Shown one piece after another: positions 46,372-55,941 of a stretch of DNA of 64,000 nt. The notes beneath the pieces were generated by a model. The model was not told where the DNA came from. It was given only the letters and a program-made list of their open reading frames with translations, and searched no databases. The translations under genes were made by a program, and so were the position numbers. The DNA comes from Halarcobacter sp. (GTDB lineage Bacteria; Campylobacterota; Campylobacteria; Campylobacterales; Arcobacteraceae), in assembly GCA_963676565.1 (NCBI GenBank), contig OY781089.1, forward strand, positions 2,336,001-2,400,000, given 5' to 3'. Position 1 is the first letter of the stretch, and the number at the start of each line of letters is the position of its first letter.

Positions 46372-49300
46372 TTATTTAGTTTCTTGCTTTTTTTGTAGTT
46401 GTTTTCTATCATATTTATCATACATCTTTTTAGCGGTTTCAATATCTTCATACTCATATTTAAATCTCGCTTTTCCTTCTCTATTTGTAATTATAAATCC
46501 CTTTGGAACTAAAATGTCTTTTGCTAATTTATAATTTTTTATTCTTGAAAGTTTTTTATAGTTAACTTCTTTAAATGAAGAAACTCCTTCAAGTAAAACT
46601 TTTTCTTCACCTTCTTCATTTATTGCTTTTATAACATCTGATTCTTGTTTAAACATTTCATCTTTTTCTTTTAATTCATTAATAAATAAAGTCTTATTTT
46701 CAAAATTATGATTATTATAGATTTTACAAAAATAATCAAAAAGATACTGATTAATAAAATAGCCTTTTTCTAAAGCAGCTTTTAGAGGTTTATATAATTC
46801 TTCGTCATCTTTTAAAGTATCAAAATACTTTAAATCATAATTTTTAAAAGCTAATATAAAATCATCCACTTGAGAAGCAGAAATTTTTTCATTTGTTTTT
46901 TTATCTTTCACACTATTATCTATATCTCTGTCTTCTGTATTTAATGCATATCTTGCAAAATGTCTATCTATTGGATAAGTTGATAAAATAGATGAAAATA
47001 GATCTATATCTTCTAGAATTTTTGTTTCTAGTGTACTTTCATCAGGTACTTCTAATTTTTCAAGAATAGTTTGTAAATCATTGACTTTTAAAACTGTACA
47101 TTTTGAATAACAAGATTTAGCAATTTCATATACTTCATCAGATGTAATTATTGTCTGCCCATATATTGGTACTATTTCAAACTTATTATCTTTATTCTTT
47201 GTTTTTACTGATTCTTTTACTAATAATTCTTTTAATATTTTAGATAAGGTTTCATTATTAAATTTTGACTTTTTATTATCTATAGTACCTATATGAAAAA
47301 ATATCTTATTTTTTATTATATTTGATATCTCAACTTTACTATATTCTTCATCACTTATAGTTGTACAATATTCAAAACCAAATATTTGCTTAATAATAAG
47401 CTCTAAAAATAGTTCTTCTTTTACAGTTCTATCTCCTACCAAGGCTATTGCTACATTTGTTTTTTCTAATCTCTTAAAAAAGGAAGCTAACCAATTCATT
47501 ACATATGTATAATTAATAATATCTTCTTTCACCATATAATAAATAAACTCCTCAATAAAAGATTTTTTGCCATTATCCTTAAAACTATAGTTTTCTAAAA
47601 TTGAAGTATTAGATTCAAGATAAAAATTGCTTTCATTTTTATAAAAAATTTTTTTCTTCTTATCTAGTGTTAATTCGAAAGATGATTCTTTTTTAACATC
47701 AATATATCTGCACTCTTGATGTCTTTTTAGTAAATTTTTATTATGGACAAATAGATTTCTAGTCAAATTAAGACTATAATAACATTTAAAAAACTCCTCA
47801 GAAACTGTAATATCAAAAACTTCATCCTCTACTATAGGTATTTTATTAGAAAAAATACATATTACAAACATATTATTCAAATTCAATTTTTCAGTAATTT
47901 TAGTTGCTTCTTCAATATTATCTACAATTCTAACTTCTACTGAAAAAAGCTTATTCCTATTATAATTTTTTCTAATTATGAAATCATTTATTTTTTGATT
48001 AACTGAACTATTTATTTTTTTACTTATTTTTTTCTTGTCACCAGACTTTACTTTACTACTAATTCCTGCTCTAAAGTAATATTTGTCATCTTCATTATTT
48101 AACCACAAACATAAATCATCTCTATTTATAATATTTAATACAATATCTTGCCAAAAATAAATATCATCTAGTTTATATTCTCTATCTCTTTGTTTTTGAT
48201 AATCACTTTTTAAATTTGCAATATTTATATTATGGATTTTCTTTTCTAGAGATATAATTTCATTTAATGAGTTCTTATATCTTTTTATTGCTTTTTCATC
48301 AGATAAGTATTCAAATAATTTGTTTAAACTATCTACACTTTCTTTATTGAAATTATTTTCATAAGGTATTATTTCTTTATGATCTTGTACTACTGGTGAT
48401 TTTTCTTCCACAATATTATCCTTTAATAAAAGCCAATTAGGATTAGACTTTTTTCTTATTTCTATTTCATTACTATATGCTTCGTTATCAGCTTTTTTTA
48501 TTTCTTGAAAGTTTTTTATCTCTTCTTCATCACATTCACTATAAATATATTTATTTAATTCATTTATTTCATTTTTGATAAATGATAAATCCCGTCTTAA
48601 AAATTCTAATCTATACTCATTGGATAGTAATTCTTTTATATTTAAAAACAATTTTATTAGAATATAAAAAACTGGACACTTATTACTATCTTGTGGAATA
48701 TTAATATCATTATTTAATAGGTCCTCAAATATATTTATAATAAAACTTTTGTAAATATTCTTAAAGAATTTAACTTCAGAATCTTCTAGAGTAATCGAAA
48801 AAAATTTATTATTTTTTATCTCCTCTAAATATCTATATAAAGGATAGTCAATCTCAATTTTAAAAGACTGTGTATCACTATTATAAGTAAAAGAAAATAA
48901 AATAAGATTTCTAGAAAAAGAAGTTGCCGTGATTATATTATAGATATTTTTCCACTTATGAAGAGTATAAATGTCTATTCTTGGTAGTTCATTTATATCT
49001 TTAGTATCAAAAGTATAATAATTATTTTCTTCAATATTAATTTTAAGCTTTTTTTCAATAACAATATTAAATATTTTGTAAATATAATTACTTAAAGTAC
49101 TGTGAATAGCATCTTTTAAAGCCAAGTTACTACAACGTGAACAAGATTCATCAAGAGGATTAAAAATCAATTTAGTTTTAATTATCTTTTCAGGGATTAA
49201 AGTCCAATCATCATTAGCTAAAATCATTTGTTTATTATCAAATATCAATCTGTAAGAGTTCTTAAGATTTTTAGAGTACAAGTATTCTAACTTATTTACT

Positions 49301-49383
49301 TTATGAAATTCTATATTTAAATTTTTTAAAACATTTATATATAACTCAATCAATTGAGGATGATAAAACTGACTTATATTCAA
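46372..49383 (-). CDS. Large protein with a degenerate primase-associated SF3-type helicase domain
   Basis: YVMNWLASFFKRLEKTNVAIALVG...IIKQIFG, LKELL and TIITSD resemble NrS-1/D5-type helicases; Walker A is degenerate. Confidence 0.5.
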   Translation of the reverse strand: MNISQFYHPQLIELYINVLKNLNIEFHKVNKLEYLYSKNLKNSYRLIFDNKQMILANDDWTLIPEKIIKTKLIFNPLDESCSRCSNLALKDAIHSTLSNYIYKIFNIVIEKKLKINIEENNYYTFDTKDINELPRIDIYTLHKWKNIYNIITATSFSRNLILFSFTYNSDTQSFKIEIDYPLYRYLEEIKNNKFFSITLEDSEVKFFKNIYKSFIINIFEDLLNNDINIPQDSNKCPVFYILIKLFLNIKELLSNEYRLEFLRRDLSFIKNEINELNKYIYSECDEEEIKNFQEIKKADNEAYSNEIEIRKKSNPNWLLLKDNIVEEKSPVVQDHKEIIPYENNFNKESVDSLNKLFEYLSDEKAIKRYKNSLNEIISLEKKIHNINIANLKSDYQKQRDREYKLDDIYFWQDIVLNIINRDDLCLWLNNEDDKYYFRAGISSKVKSGDKKKISKKINSSVNQKINDFIIRKNYNRNKLFSVEVRIVDNIEEATKITEKLNLNNMFVICIFSNKIPIVEDEVFDITVSEEFFKCYYSLNLTRNLFVHNKNLLKRHQECRYIDVKKESSFELTLDKKKKIFYKNESNFYLESNTSILENYSFKDNGKKSFIEEFIYYMVKEDIINYTYVMNWLASFFKRLEKTNVAIALVGDRTVKEELFLELIIKQIFGFEYCTTISDEEYSKVEISNIIKNKIFFHIGTIDNKKSKFNNETLSKILKELLVKESVKTKNKDNKFEIVPIYGQTIITSDEVYEIAKSCYSKCTVLKVNDLQTILEKLEVPDESTLETKILEDIDLFSSILSTYPIDRHFARYALNTEDRDIDNSVKDKKTNEKISASQVDDFILAFKNYDLKYFDTLKDDEELYKPLKAALEKGYFINQYLFDYFCKIYNNHNFENKTLFINELKEKDEMFKQESDVIKAINEEGEEKVLLEGVSSFKEVNYKKLSRIKNYKLAKDILVPKGFIITNREGKARFKYEYEDIETAKKMYDKYDRKQLQKKQETK

Positions 49384-49396
49384 AGATAGTTCCTAA

Positions 49397-50251
49397 TTAT
49401 TTAATTTTATTATAATGATTATTCCACTCATCTACAATAAATTTGTTATCTTCAACAATATTAATGTAGTCATTTGCATCTAATCCAAACTCTTGTGCTT
49501 TTTTTTTAATCATAGTTTTATATGAGAAGTCAAGAATAGTATCATTTTCAAAAGCTTTTTTTAACTCTTCTTGAAAAGATTCTATTTCAAGTTTTAGCCC
49601 ATGTAAATGTTTTATATGTTCGCCAATCTCAATATCCCACTCTAATCTATGATTTAAAGCACTTACAATATTTTCTTTTGAATATTCTATACCAATTGCA
49701 TCTTTAAATTTTTTATTTATATCTTCAATAAGAGAAGATATATTAACTTCTTTTAAATCTCTTAAAATAAAATATAAATCAAATAGATCTTTGATTGTAT
49801 CAGGACGATCACATAAAGCTTTTAGTTTATACAATAAAAGATTATATAAATTTTCTGTTCTAAATATATCTTTATTTACAAATGTAAAATCTTTTAATCT
49901 TGTACAAGTAAAATTTAGGATTTCAATTTTTACTGTTTCATCATTATCTTCAAAATCATAAAACATTCTCCAAGACAGTTCATCTTTTATCCATTTTGAA
50001 TTTACAAGTTTAGCTTCTGGAAGTTTTGATAATAAACTTAATATTTCATCTTTAATTTCATCTAGTTCTGTTTTATCACATAATTTTTCTAAAAAAAAGT
50101 CTAAATCTTCTGAATTACGATAGGCAGTTGGTAGTACAAATCTTTGAAGACCTGTACCACCAGCAAGAAACATTTTATTATTTAAAGGTTTTAATTGTTC
50201 AAGTATTTTATCTTGATTTTTAAATACGCTATCCCAATCATCTCTATGCAT
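49397..50251 (-). CDS. AbiEii-like nucleotidyltransferase toxin
   Basis: FLAGGTGL...YRNSEDLDFF, KLKALCDR...KDLFDLY. Confidence 0.85.
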   Translation of the reverse strand: MHRDDWDSVFKNQDKILEQLKPLNNKMFLAGGTGLQRFVLPTAYRNSEDLDFFLEKLCDKTELDEIKDEILSLLSKLPEAKLVNSKWIKDELSWRMFYDFEDNDETVKIEILNFTCTRLKDFTFVNKDIFRTENLYNLLLYKLKALCDRPDTIKDLFDLYFILRDLKEVNISSLIEDINKKFKDAIGIEYSKENIVSALNHRLEWDIEIGEHIKHLHGLKLEIESFQEELKKAFENDTILDFSYKTMIKKKAQEFGLDANDYINIVEDNKFIVDEWNNHYNKIK

Positions 50252-50657
50252 TAGCTAATTTACCTATTATTTGTCTTTGTATATTAAAAGGAAGATTTTC
50301 TTCTATTCTTTTTATCATTTTTTGATTTTTCCCTTTTATTCCATCAACAATATCATTAATCGTATAATTAGTACCCCAAAATACTGACTTTAATCTTTTC
50401 TCTTCATTTTTTGTTAAAGAGTAATTAGTTTCTGAACTAATTGTATTATTCTTCCTTAAATCATTAGCAGCATCTAAATCAAGTTTTTTTCGATAATTCA
50501 TATCTTTTAATATAACCATAGCATATGGTGGTACATGATTTCTCTTCTTCCACCCAGCTACTGTATCATAAGGAATTTTAGAATATTCAGAAAATTCTTT
50601 TTTTGATATATTATTATTAATTAACATTTTTTCAAATATTATGTTTGTAATTTCCAT
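50244..50657 (-). CDS. HTH protein, probable cognate antitoxin
   Basis: SKKEFSEYSKIPYDTVAGWKK HTH; 8-bp overlap with the toxin gene. Confidence 0.65.
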   Translation of the reverse strand: MEITNIIFEKMLINNNISKKEFSEYSKIPYDTVAGWKKRNHVPPYAMVILKDMNYRKKLDLDAANDLRKNNTISSETNYSLTKNEEKRLKSVFWGTNYTINDIVDGIKGKNQKMIKRIEENLPFNIQRQIIGKLANA

Positions 50658-50741
50658 GATTATCCTTTCATTTTTATAATTATATCATTTTTTAAGTATT
50701 TGTCAAAATGACAACTATATTATAATTGTTTATTTTTAAAA

Positions 50742-52034
50742 CTATGCTTTTAAAAACACAATTAACTGCTCAATAGATTTTTCAGGAAACAAAGTTTGTA
50801 ATTGTTTTAATTTATCATTATCAGCCTCTTCAGTTTTATTTTCGTCCAGCAAACCATTAAGTGCTGTATCCACAATAGAACCAACAGTAGTATTTTTAAT
50901 AGTTGCATACCTTGAAGCGATACCACTTGGTATATGACCTAAAACTGTATCGACTACATTATTACTCTGTAACATTTGATTCATCAAATACTCACCTAGC
51001 AATTTTCTTATATCATGCATTCTTGTAAAAGGAAAATTATTATCACCTCTTACCTTTTCCCAATGATTTCTTAGTGTCGCTTCATTAAGAGGTTTTTTCT
51101 TGTCGTTAATACTTTTAAAAACATACCCTTTCATCTGTTCAGGTTGCTTTGTTCCTGCTAAAACTTTCAAAGTACTATAAAGTCTATCTGATACCCGATA
51201 AGTCATATTGATACCCGCTTTATTAGAAATATCTCTTATAGTATATGTCATATCTTCAAAATTAATATCTTCCCATTTTAAACTAAGGACTTCACCTCGT
51301 CTTCTTCCATGCAATAACCACATAAATAATTCTCTAAATGGTGTAATAGGATAATCTCTTAGAGCCTTTGCAACTGCTTTTGATTTTTCTAATGGTAAAT
51401 CTAAATTTGTTTTATTTCTTAGCGGTGGCAAACCTTTTTGCGAGGCTGGAGAGATAAGCACAAACTCTGTAGTAGACTTATTTATCTCACTATAGATATA
51501 ATTCACAACCTGATAAGTCCTTCTTTGTGTTCTATCAGATCTACCAGCCCTTTTTAATCTATCTGCAATATCTTTTATATCGTTTGGTGCAATTTTATTT
51601 AATGGCTTTTTGTAAATTGGTTGCAACCAATTTTTATAAAATTGTTTCTCTGTTTTGTTATCTTTTCCGTTTCTGTCTTCTTTATCTCGAATAAGCTTCC
51701 AAGCCTTTTCAAATAGCATATCTGGCTTAATCGTATTGCTTGAGTCACTATAAAAGATTTTATTACTTAACTTATCCATCATCTCATCATATCTTTTTGA
51801 TGCAATCTTTATAGCTTCTAGTAATGTTGTTTTAGGATCAAAAGTAAGTGTTTCTTTATTTACAGATCTTTTTCTATCAATAACTTTAGAAGCTCTTACT
51901 TGAAGCCTGTAAGGTTTTGAAAAAGTTATATTAGTATTGATGATTTTTCCATTTTTGATTTTACTTTTTGGTATCTGGTCATCATCTTTGTATGTAATAC
52001 CAATAGTTGGTCGATTCTTTAAATCAAAATACAC
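50742..52034 (-). CDS. int: Tyrosine recombinase / integrase
   Basis: GRRRGEVLSLKWEDI, HDIR, VLGH, RY catalytic residues; adjacent to attR. Confidence 0.93.
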   Translation of the reverse strand: MYFDLKNRPTIGITYKDDDQIPKSKIKNGKIINTNITFSKPYRLQVRASKVIDRKRSVNKETLTFDPKTTLLEAIKIASKRYDEMMDKLSNKIFYSDSSNTIKPDMLFEKAWKLIRDKEDRNGKDNKTEKQFYKNWLQPIYKKPLNKIAPNDIKDIADRLKRAGRSDRTQRRTYQVVNYIYSEINKSTTEFVLISPASQKGLPPLRNKTNLDLPLEKSKAVAKALRDYPITPFRELFMWLLHGRRRGEVLSLKWEDINFEDMTYTIRDISNKAGINMTYRVSDRLYSTLKVLAGTKQPEQMKGYVFKSINDKKKPLNEATLRNHWEKVRGDNNFPFTRMHDIRKLLGEYLMNQMLQSNNVVDTVLGHIPSGIASRYATIKNTTVGSIVDTALNGLLDENKTEEADNDKLKQLQTLFPEKSIEQLIVFLKA

Positions 52035-52093
52035 CTCTTATCTCCTTATCAAGCAATTATGACTACAATTACGAAATTAAATTATATCATAAC

Positions 52094-52127
52094 GGGTATC
52101 AATTTTAACTAATATGGGTATCAACTT
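52094..52127 (+). repeat. Two GGGTATCA direct repeats, putative arm-type sites (right end)
   Basis: GGGTATCAATT at 52094; GGGTATCAACTT at 52116. Confidence 0.7.
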
Positions 52128-52253
52128 ACTAATATATACCTATATTTAGTTGTACACATTTGTATATAATTTAAAATAAAAAAGATGCTATTAGTAAGCT
52201 AAATAAGGGCTATTTGTATGTTTTTATATACAGGTATACTCAAAATAGTAATT

Positions 52254-52309
52254 GGATTCAAAATCCGGTGACTTCGGTCTTGTCGGTTCAAGTCCGACTA
52301 GCGGTACCA
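52254..52309 (+). pseudogene. 3' half of host tRNA-Leu(CAA) (attR)
   Basis: GGATTCAAAATCCGG T GAC TTCG GTC TT GTCGG TTCAAGT CCGAC TAGCGGT ACCA; no 5' half upstream. Confidence 0.9.
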
Positions 52310-52318
52310 CTTTATATT

Positions 52319-53086
52319 TTAAAGAAAAAATCCATCTTCTTTTTTGATTTCTGTTTCTTTAGAGTCTTCTTTTAACCATTCATCAAAATCTTCATTTATT
52401 TCAGAAGTGTAATCTTTTAAATTCTCTTTATATTGAATATAAGCTTTTTCATTTGGTTTTATAATATCACTTTCTTCAATTTCATCTAAACTAGCATTTA
52501 AATTATTTATATTGCTAACTTTTCCACCATTACAAGTTATTATTACATTTAAAGAATTACTTTTATATTGTTCAAATGTGTCTATCTGACCTTCATGTTT
52601 TTCAAATCCATATTTTTCAATAATTTCATCTGTACATTCTGAATCTTTTAATAAAGTTAAACTTTTAAAAGTAGTACTTTTTATAGGTTTAAAATAAAAT
52701 CTTCCAGCTACAAGTCCGAATTGTACTTGTGTTGCAACATAATACATTTTAGAACTATCAGTTGAAACTTTTATCATATCATCATTTTCTCCCCCACTCA
52801 TATAAAAAAAGTGCGTTCCTGGATTTGTCTCATAAATTATTCTATCATAAGAGCCTAATGTTCCTACAAGTTTTGTTTCTTTTGTTGAAGGGTCAAATTC
52901 AATTACAGTATTACTTAAAGCTGCACCTAATGTTTGAGGTCTAGCAAAAGTAATATAACTTTTTGATTTGTCTGCAGTTATTTGAGAAATTGGAGTATCA
53001 ATTTTTGTTGTTAAACTACTTGCACAACCAGTAAATAAGATAACACTTAAGGCAAGTGTACCTACTTTTAAATAATTAAAATTCAT
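52319..53086 (-). CDS. Lipoprotein, unknown function
   Basis: Lipobox FTGC. Confidence 0.7.
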   Translation of the reverse strand: MNFNYLKVGTLALSVILFTGCASSLTTKIDTPISQITADKSKSYITFARPQTLGAALSNTVIEFDPSTKETKLVGTLGSYDRIIYETNPGTHFFYMSGGENDDMIKVSTDSSKMYYVATQVQFGLVAGRFYFKPIKSTTFKSLTLLKDSECTDEIIEKYGFEKHEGQIDTFEQYKSNSLNVIITCNGGKVSNINNLNASLDEIEESDIIKPNEKAYIQYKENLKDYTSEINEDFDEWLKEDSKETEIKKEDGFFL

Positions 53087-53237
53087 CTATTTCCTTTAAT
53101 ATATAATGTAATTATAATAATATAATATCTCTATTTATAAATTTATTAGTAATGTATACAAGATAAAAATAAATACAACTCTAATTATTAAAAGTAAATA
53201 TTTGTTATAATCAACTACTTTTTTTGAGGTTAATTAG

Positions 53238-53435
53238 ATGAAAATCATTAATATATTTTTTATTATTTTACTAAGTTTTATTCTTTCTGGATGTGTTACT
53301 GCACTTTTAGTAACAGGTACTGTTGTTGGTGGAGTATATGTTGCAGATGAGATTGAAAATGATTACAATGGAGATGCAGGAGAGTTTATCGAAGATAAGA
53401 CCAGCAAAGCTTATAGAGCAATAACTAAAGATTAA
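53238..53435 (+). CDS. Small lipoprotein
   Basis: LSGC lipobox, GAGG RBS. Confidence 0.6.
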   Translation: MKIINIFFIILLSFILSGCVTALLVTGTVVGGVYVADEIENDYNGDAGEFIEDKTSKAYRAITKD

Positions 53436-53474
53436 TTAAAACTTGATATTGAAACAGCTATTGCTTGAATTGCT

Positions 53475-53497
53475 AGTAGAATCCATATGATTCTACT
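53475..53497. terminator. Hairpin between convergent genes
   Basis: AGTAGAATC-CATAT-GATTCTACT. Confidence 0.5.
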
Positions 53498-53525
53498 CAT
53501 ATTTGCATCAAACCATTTATTAAAA

Positions 53526-55796
53526 TCATTCATTGTTTTTCTCTTCTAATTTATCTTGAGGTCTACCTACATAATACCCTTGAGAATATATAATGCCCAT
53601 ACTAACTATATAATCAAAGGTTTCTTTGTCTTCTATAAATTCAGCAATTACTTTAATTCTTAAATTATCACATAAAAACTTCAGTGTTACAACAAGTAAT
53701 TGAGTTTTTGGATTCTTACTAATACCTCTTATTAATGAACCATCTATTTTAATATAATCAATATAATCACTCATTTTAACAATATAATCAAAATTTGAAT
53801 ATCCACTACCAAAATCATCAATAGCTACTTTACAACCATATTCTCTAATTTTTTCCAAAAAATTAATAAACTCTGAATAGTTTGCAATACCCTCTTGCTC
53901 AACTATTTCAACAACTAATCTATCTTTTATATCAAACTCTTCAATTTTTTCAAATAAATATTTCTGTAAATCTATATTTGTGATATCTAATATACTTAGA
54001 TTTATAGAAAACTCAATATCTTTATCTTTAAAAAAATCAAAGGCCTTGTCAATAATCAAAAAAGACAAATCATTGTATTTATTTATTTGTTTAGCTATTG
54101 GTAAAAATATATCTGGATAAATTAATTCATCTTTATCTTTAATTCTTGCTAAACACTCATACTTTTCTATAGTTTTACTTAAACTATTGAAAATTGGTTG
54201 ATAATGAAGAACTAAACCATCATGCTCAATTGCATTTTTGATTTTTCTTGCTAATTGAATATTATCTTTATTTGTTTTTATATTTTCATTATGTTCTTCT
54301 TCAAAAATAGCATATCGTTTGTTTTTACTTAGCGCAATTTCTAAAGCATTTTCTGCCTCATTTAATTCCTCAATACTATAATTCAACTTATGAGGATTAC
54401 TAATACCTAAAGTAATATCTAAAAGGAAATCAAACTCTTCTTCATTTAAGGTAAAAGAACAACTTTCAAGTTTATTTATTAAGTTATCTATGAAACTTTT
54501 AAAAGAGCCGTAGTCTGTGTATTGTAAATTTATTATAAATGTATTGTAATTATTTGAATAAATTTTTAAAATATTTTCTTCATTTAATGACTTCAAAACA
54601 TTATGAAAATTCTTAACAACTTCATCTGAGATTTTATATCCATATGTACTTTGTATTTTAAGTAAGTTATTGATTGATATTAATATTACAATTGTAGATT
54701 TAGGAAATTTTTTGTTGATTAAATCATTTACTAAATTAACCCTATTGGGTAAGCCTGTTAGTTTATCATGTTGTTTGTCTTTGTTAGCTTTATCCCTTAA
54801 AAAATCAGGTAGCTTTGCAAAATAAATTATTATAGGAAAAAGAACAATACTAAATAATATACTTAACCATACAAAGTTATTTTGTGTTTTTTGTGTATTT
54901 TTTATCTCTTCTAAAAACTTTGGTTCTAAAACTAACCTAATATTTTGTCCATTATTAAAATCACGTATTTTTAAAGAATAAAAGTTTTTTAAATAATAAT
55001 AATCATTTGTTAATGCTTTAGAAGCATCTTCTGGAAACTCATCATACAATGTATAATTCATATTTCTACCAATAAGACCATAATTTGGATTGTGATGACT
55101 TAAAAAAGAACCATTTTTATCAACTAAATGTGTATAATATAAAACTGTATCATCTAAATTTTTAAATAATTCCTTTAAAGAAATATTATAAATAAGTATA
55201 CCTTTCTTATTATCATCATTATCCCTTAAAATCATAGCAAATCTAACTACTGGTTGCTTTGGTAAAGTTATTTTACCTAACTCTTTGTTTAACTCAATTT
55301 TTGAAATTCCAATATCATCTTTATGTAGATTTACAAACTTTTTAAAGTATTTAGTATCTTTCTTATTTTGTAACTTATCTTTAGGAACTATTTCAATTAT
55401 CTTTTTTACACCACTATTAGAATTAAAAAAAGAAGAGTGAACTCTTACAATCTCATTTCCATCAAAATCTAAATATCTAATTTGCCTAAGGTTAGGTAAC
55501 GATTCTTGTATACTAATAAAATAGTTTTGTATATATGTATGGTCAATACTATTACTGAGTGAATTTTTTAAATTTTTATTTTGAGTAACTGCTTTAATTG
55601 AACTAAAATATGGTTTAAAAAAACTATGAAAATACTTTTCCCTTTCCAATGTTTTACTATGCATATTTTTTTGTGTTATTTGTCCAACATCAGTTGAATT
55701 TGTTACTATAAATAAATTAATTACTAAAAAAATAACTATTAAAATTATAATAAAATAACTAACTAGTATTTTTATTTTATATGATAAAGTGTACAT
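53526..55796 (-). CDS. Membrane sensor with degenerate GGDEF domain and EAL phosphodiesterase domain
   Basis: Two TMs flanking a Cache-like domain; DKLTGLPNR but no GGDEF motif; YQPI, ECLAR, IDDFGSGYSNF, IKIDGSLI, QGYY. Confidence 0.88.
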   Translation of the reverse strand: MYTLSYKIKILVSYFIIILIVIFLVINLFIVTNSTDVGQITQKNMHSKTLEREKYFHSFFKPYFSSIKAVTQNKNLKNSLSNSIDHTYIQNYFISIQESLPNLRQIRYLDFDGNEIVRVHSSFFNSNSGVKKIIEIVPKDKLQNKKDTKYFKKFVNLHKDDIGISKIELNKELGKITLPKQPVVRFAMILRDNDDNKKGILIYNISLKELFKNLDDTVLYYTHLVDKNGSFLSHHNPNYGLIGRNMNYTLYDEFPEDASKALTNDYYYLKNFYSLKIRDFNNGQNIRLVLEPKFLEEIKNTQKTQNNFVWLSILFSIVLFPIIIYFAKLPDFLRDKANKDKQHDKLTGLPNRVNLVNDLINKKFPKSTIVILISINNLLKIQSTYGYKISDEVVKNFHNVLKSLNEENILKIYSNNYNTFIINLQYTDYGSFKSFIDNLINKLESCSFTLNEEEFDFLLDITLGISNPHKLNYSIEELNEAENALEIALSKNKRYAIFEEEHNENIKTNKDNIQLARKIKNAIEHDGLVLHYQPIFNSLSKTIEKYECLARIKDKDELIYPDIFLPIAKQINKYNDLSFLIIDKAFDFFKDKDIEFSINLSILDITNIDLQKYLFEKIEEFDIKDRLVVEIVEQEGIANYSEFINFLEKIREYGCKVAIDDFGSGYSNFDYIVKMSDYIDYIKIDGSLIRGISKNPKTQLLVVTLKFLCDNLRIKVIAEFIEDKETFDYIVSMGIIYSQGYYVGRPQDKLEEKNNE

Positions 55797-55941
55797 AATT
55801 TAATTTTATATTAAAATGATTATAAAGTCAAATTTATCAAAGATAACCTAAACATAGTTTATTATAAAGTAATTTTGATAGTTAATAATTTTTTAATTAA
55901 ATTAGTATTAAGATTAATCAAAGATTGATAAGGAGGATATT

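Larger units (their letters stand above)
15353..52266. mobile_element. ~36.9 kb integrative element (defence island) inserted in the tRNA-Leu(CAA) anticodon arm
   Basis: 13-bp direct repeat GGATTCAAAATCC at 15353-15365 and 52254-52266; tyrosine integrase beside the right end; arm-type repeats at both ends. Confidence 0.93.

Noticed and set aside
41499..52034. Intact prophage
   Set aside because: Phage-like recombination genes are present but no terminase, capsid, tail or lysis genes
15324..52309. Split tRNA read as an intron-containing or trans-spliced tRNA
   Set aside because: The 13-bp duplication, integrase and arm repeats explain it as site-specific integration; no intron structure seen
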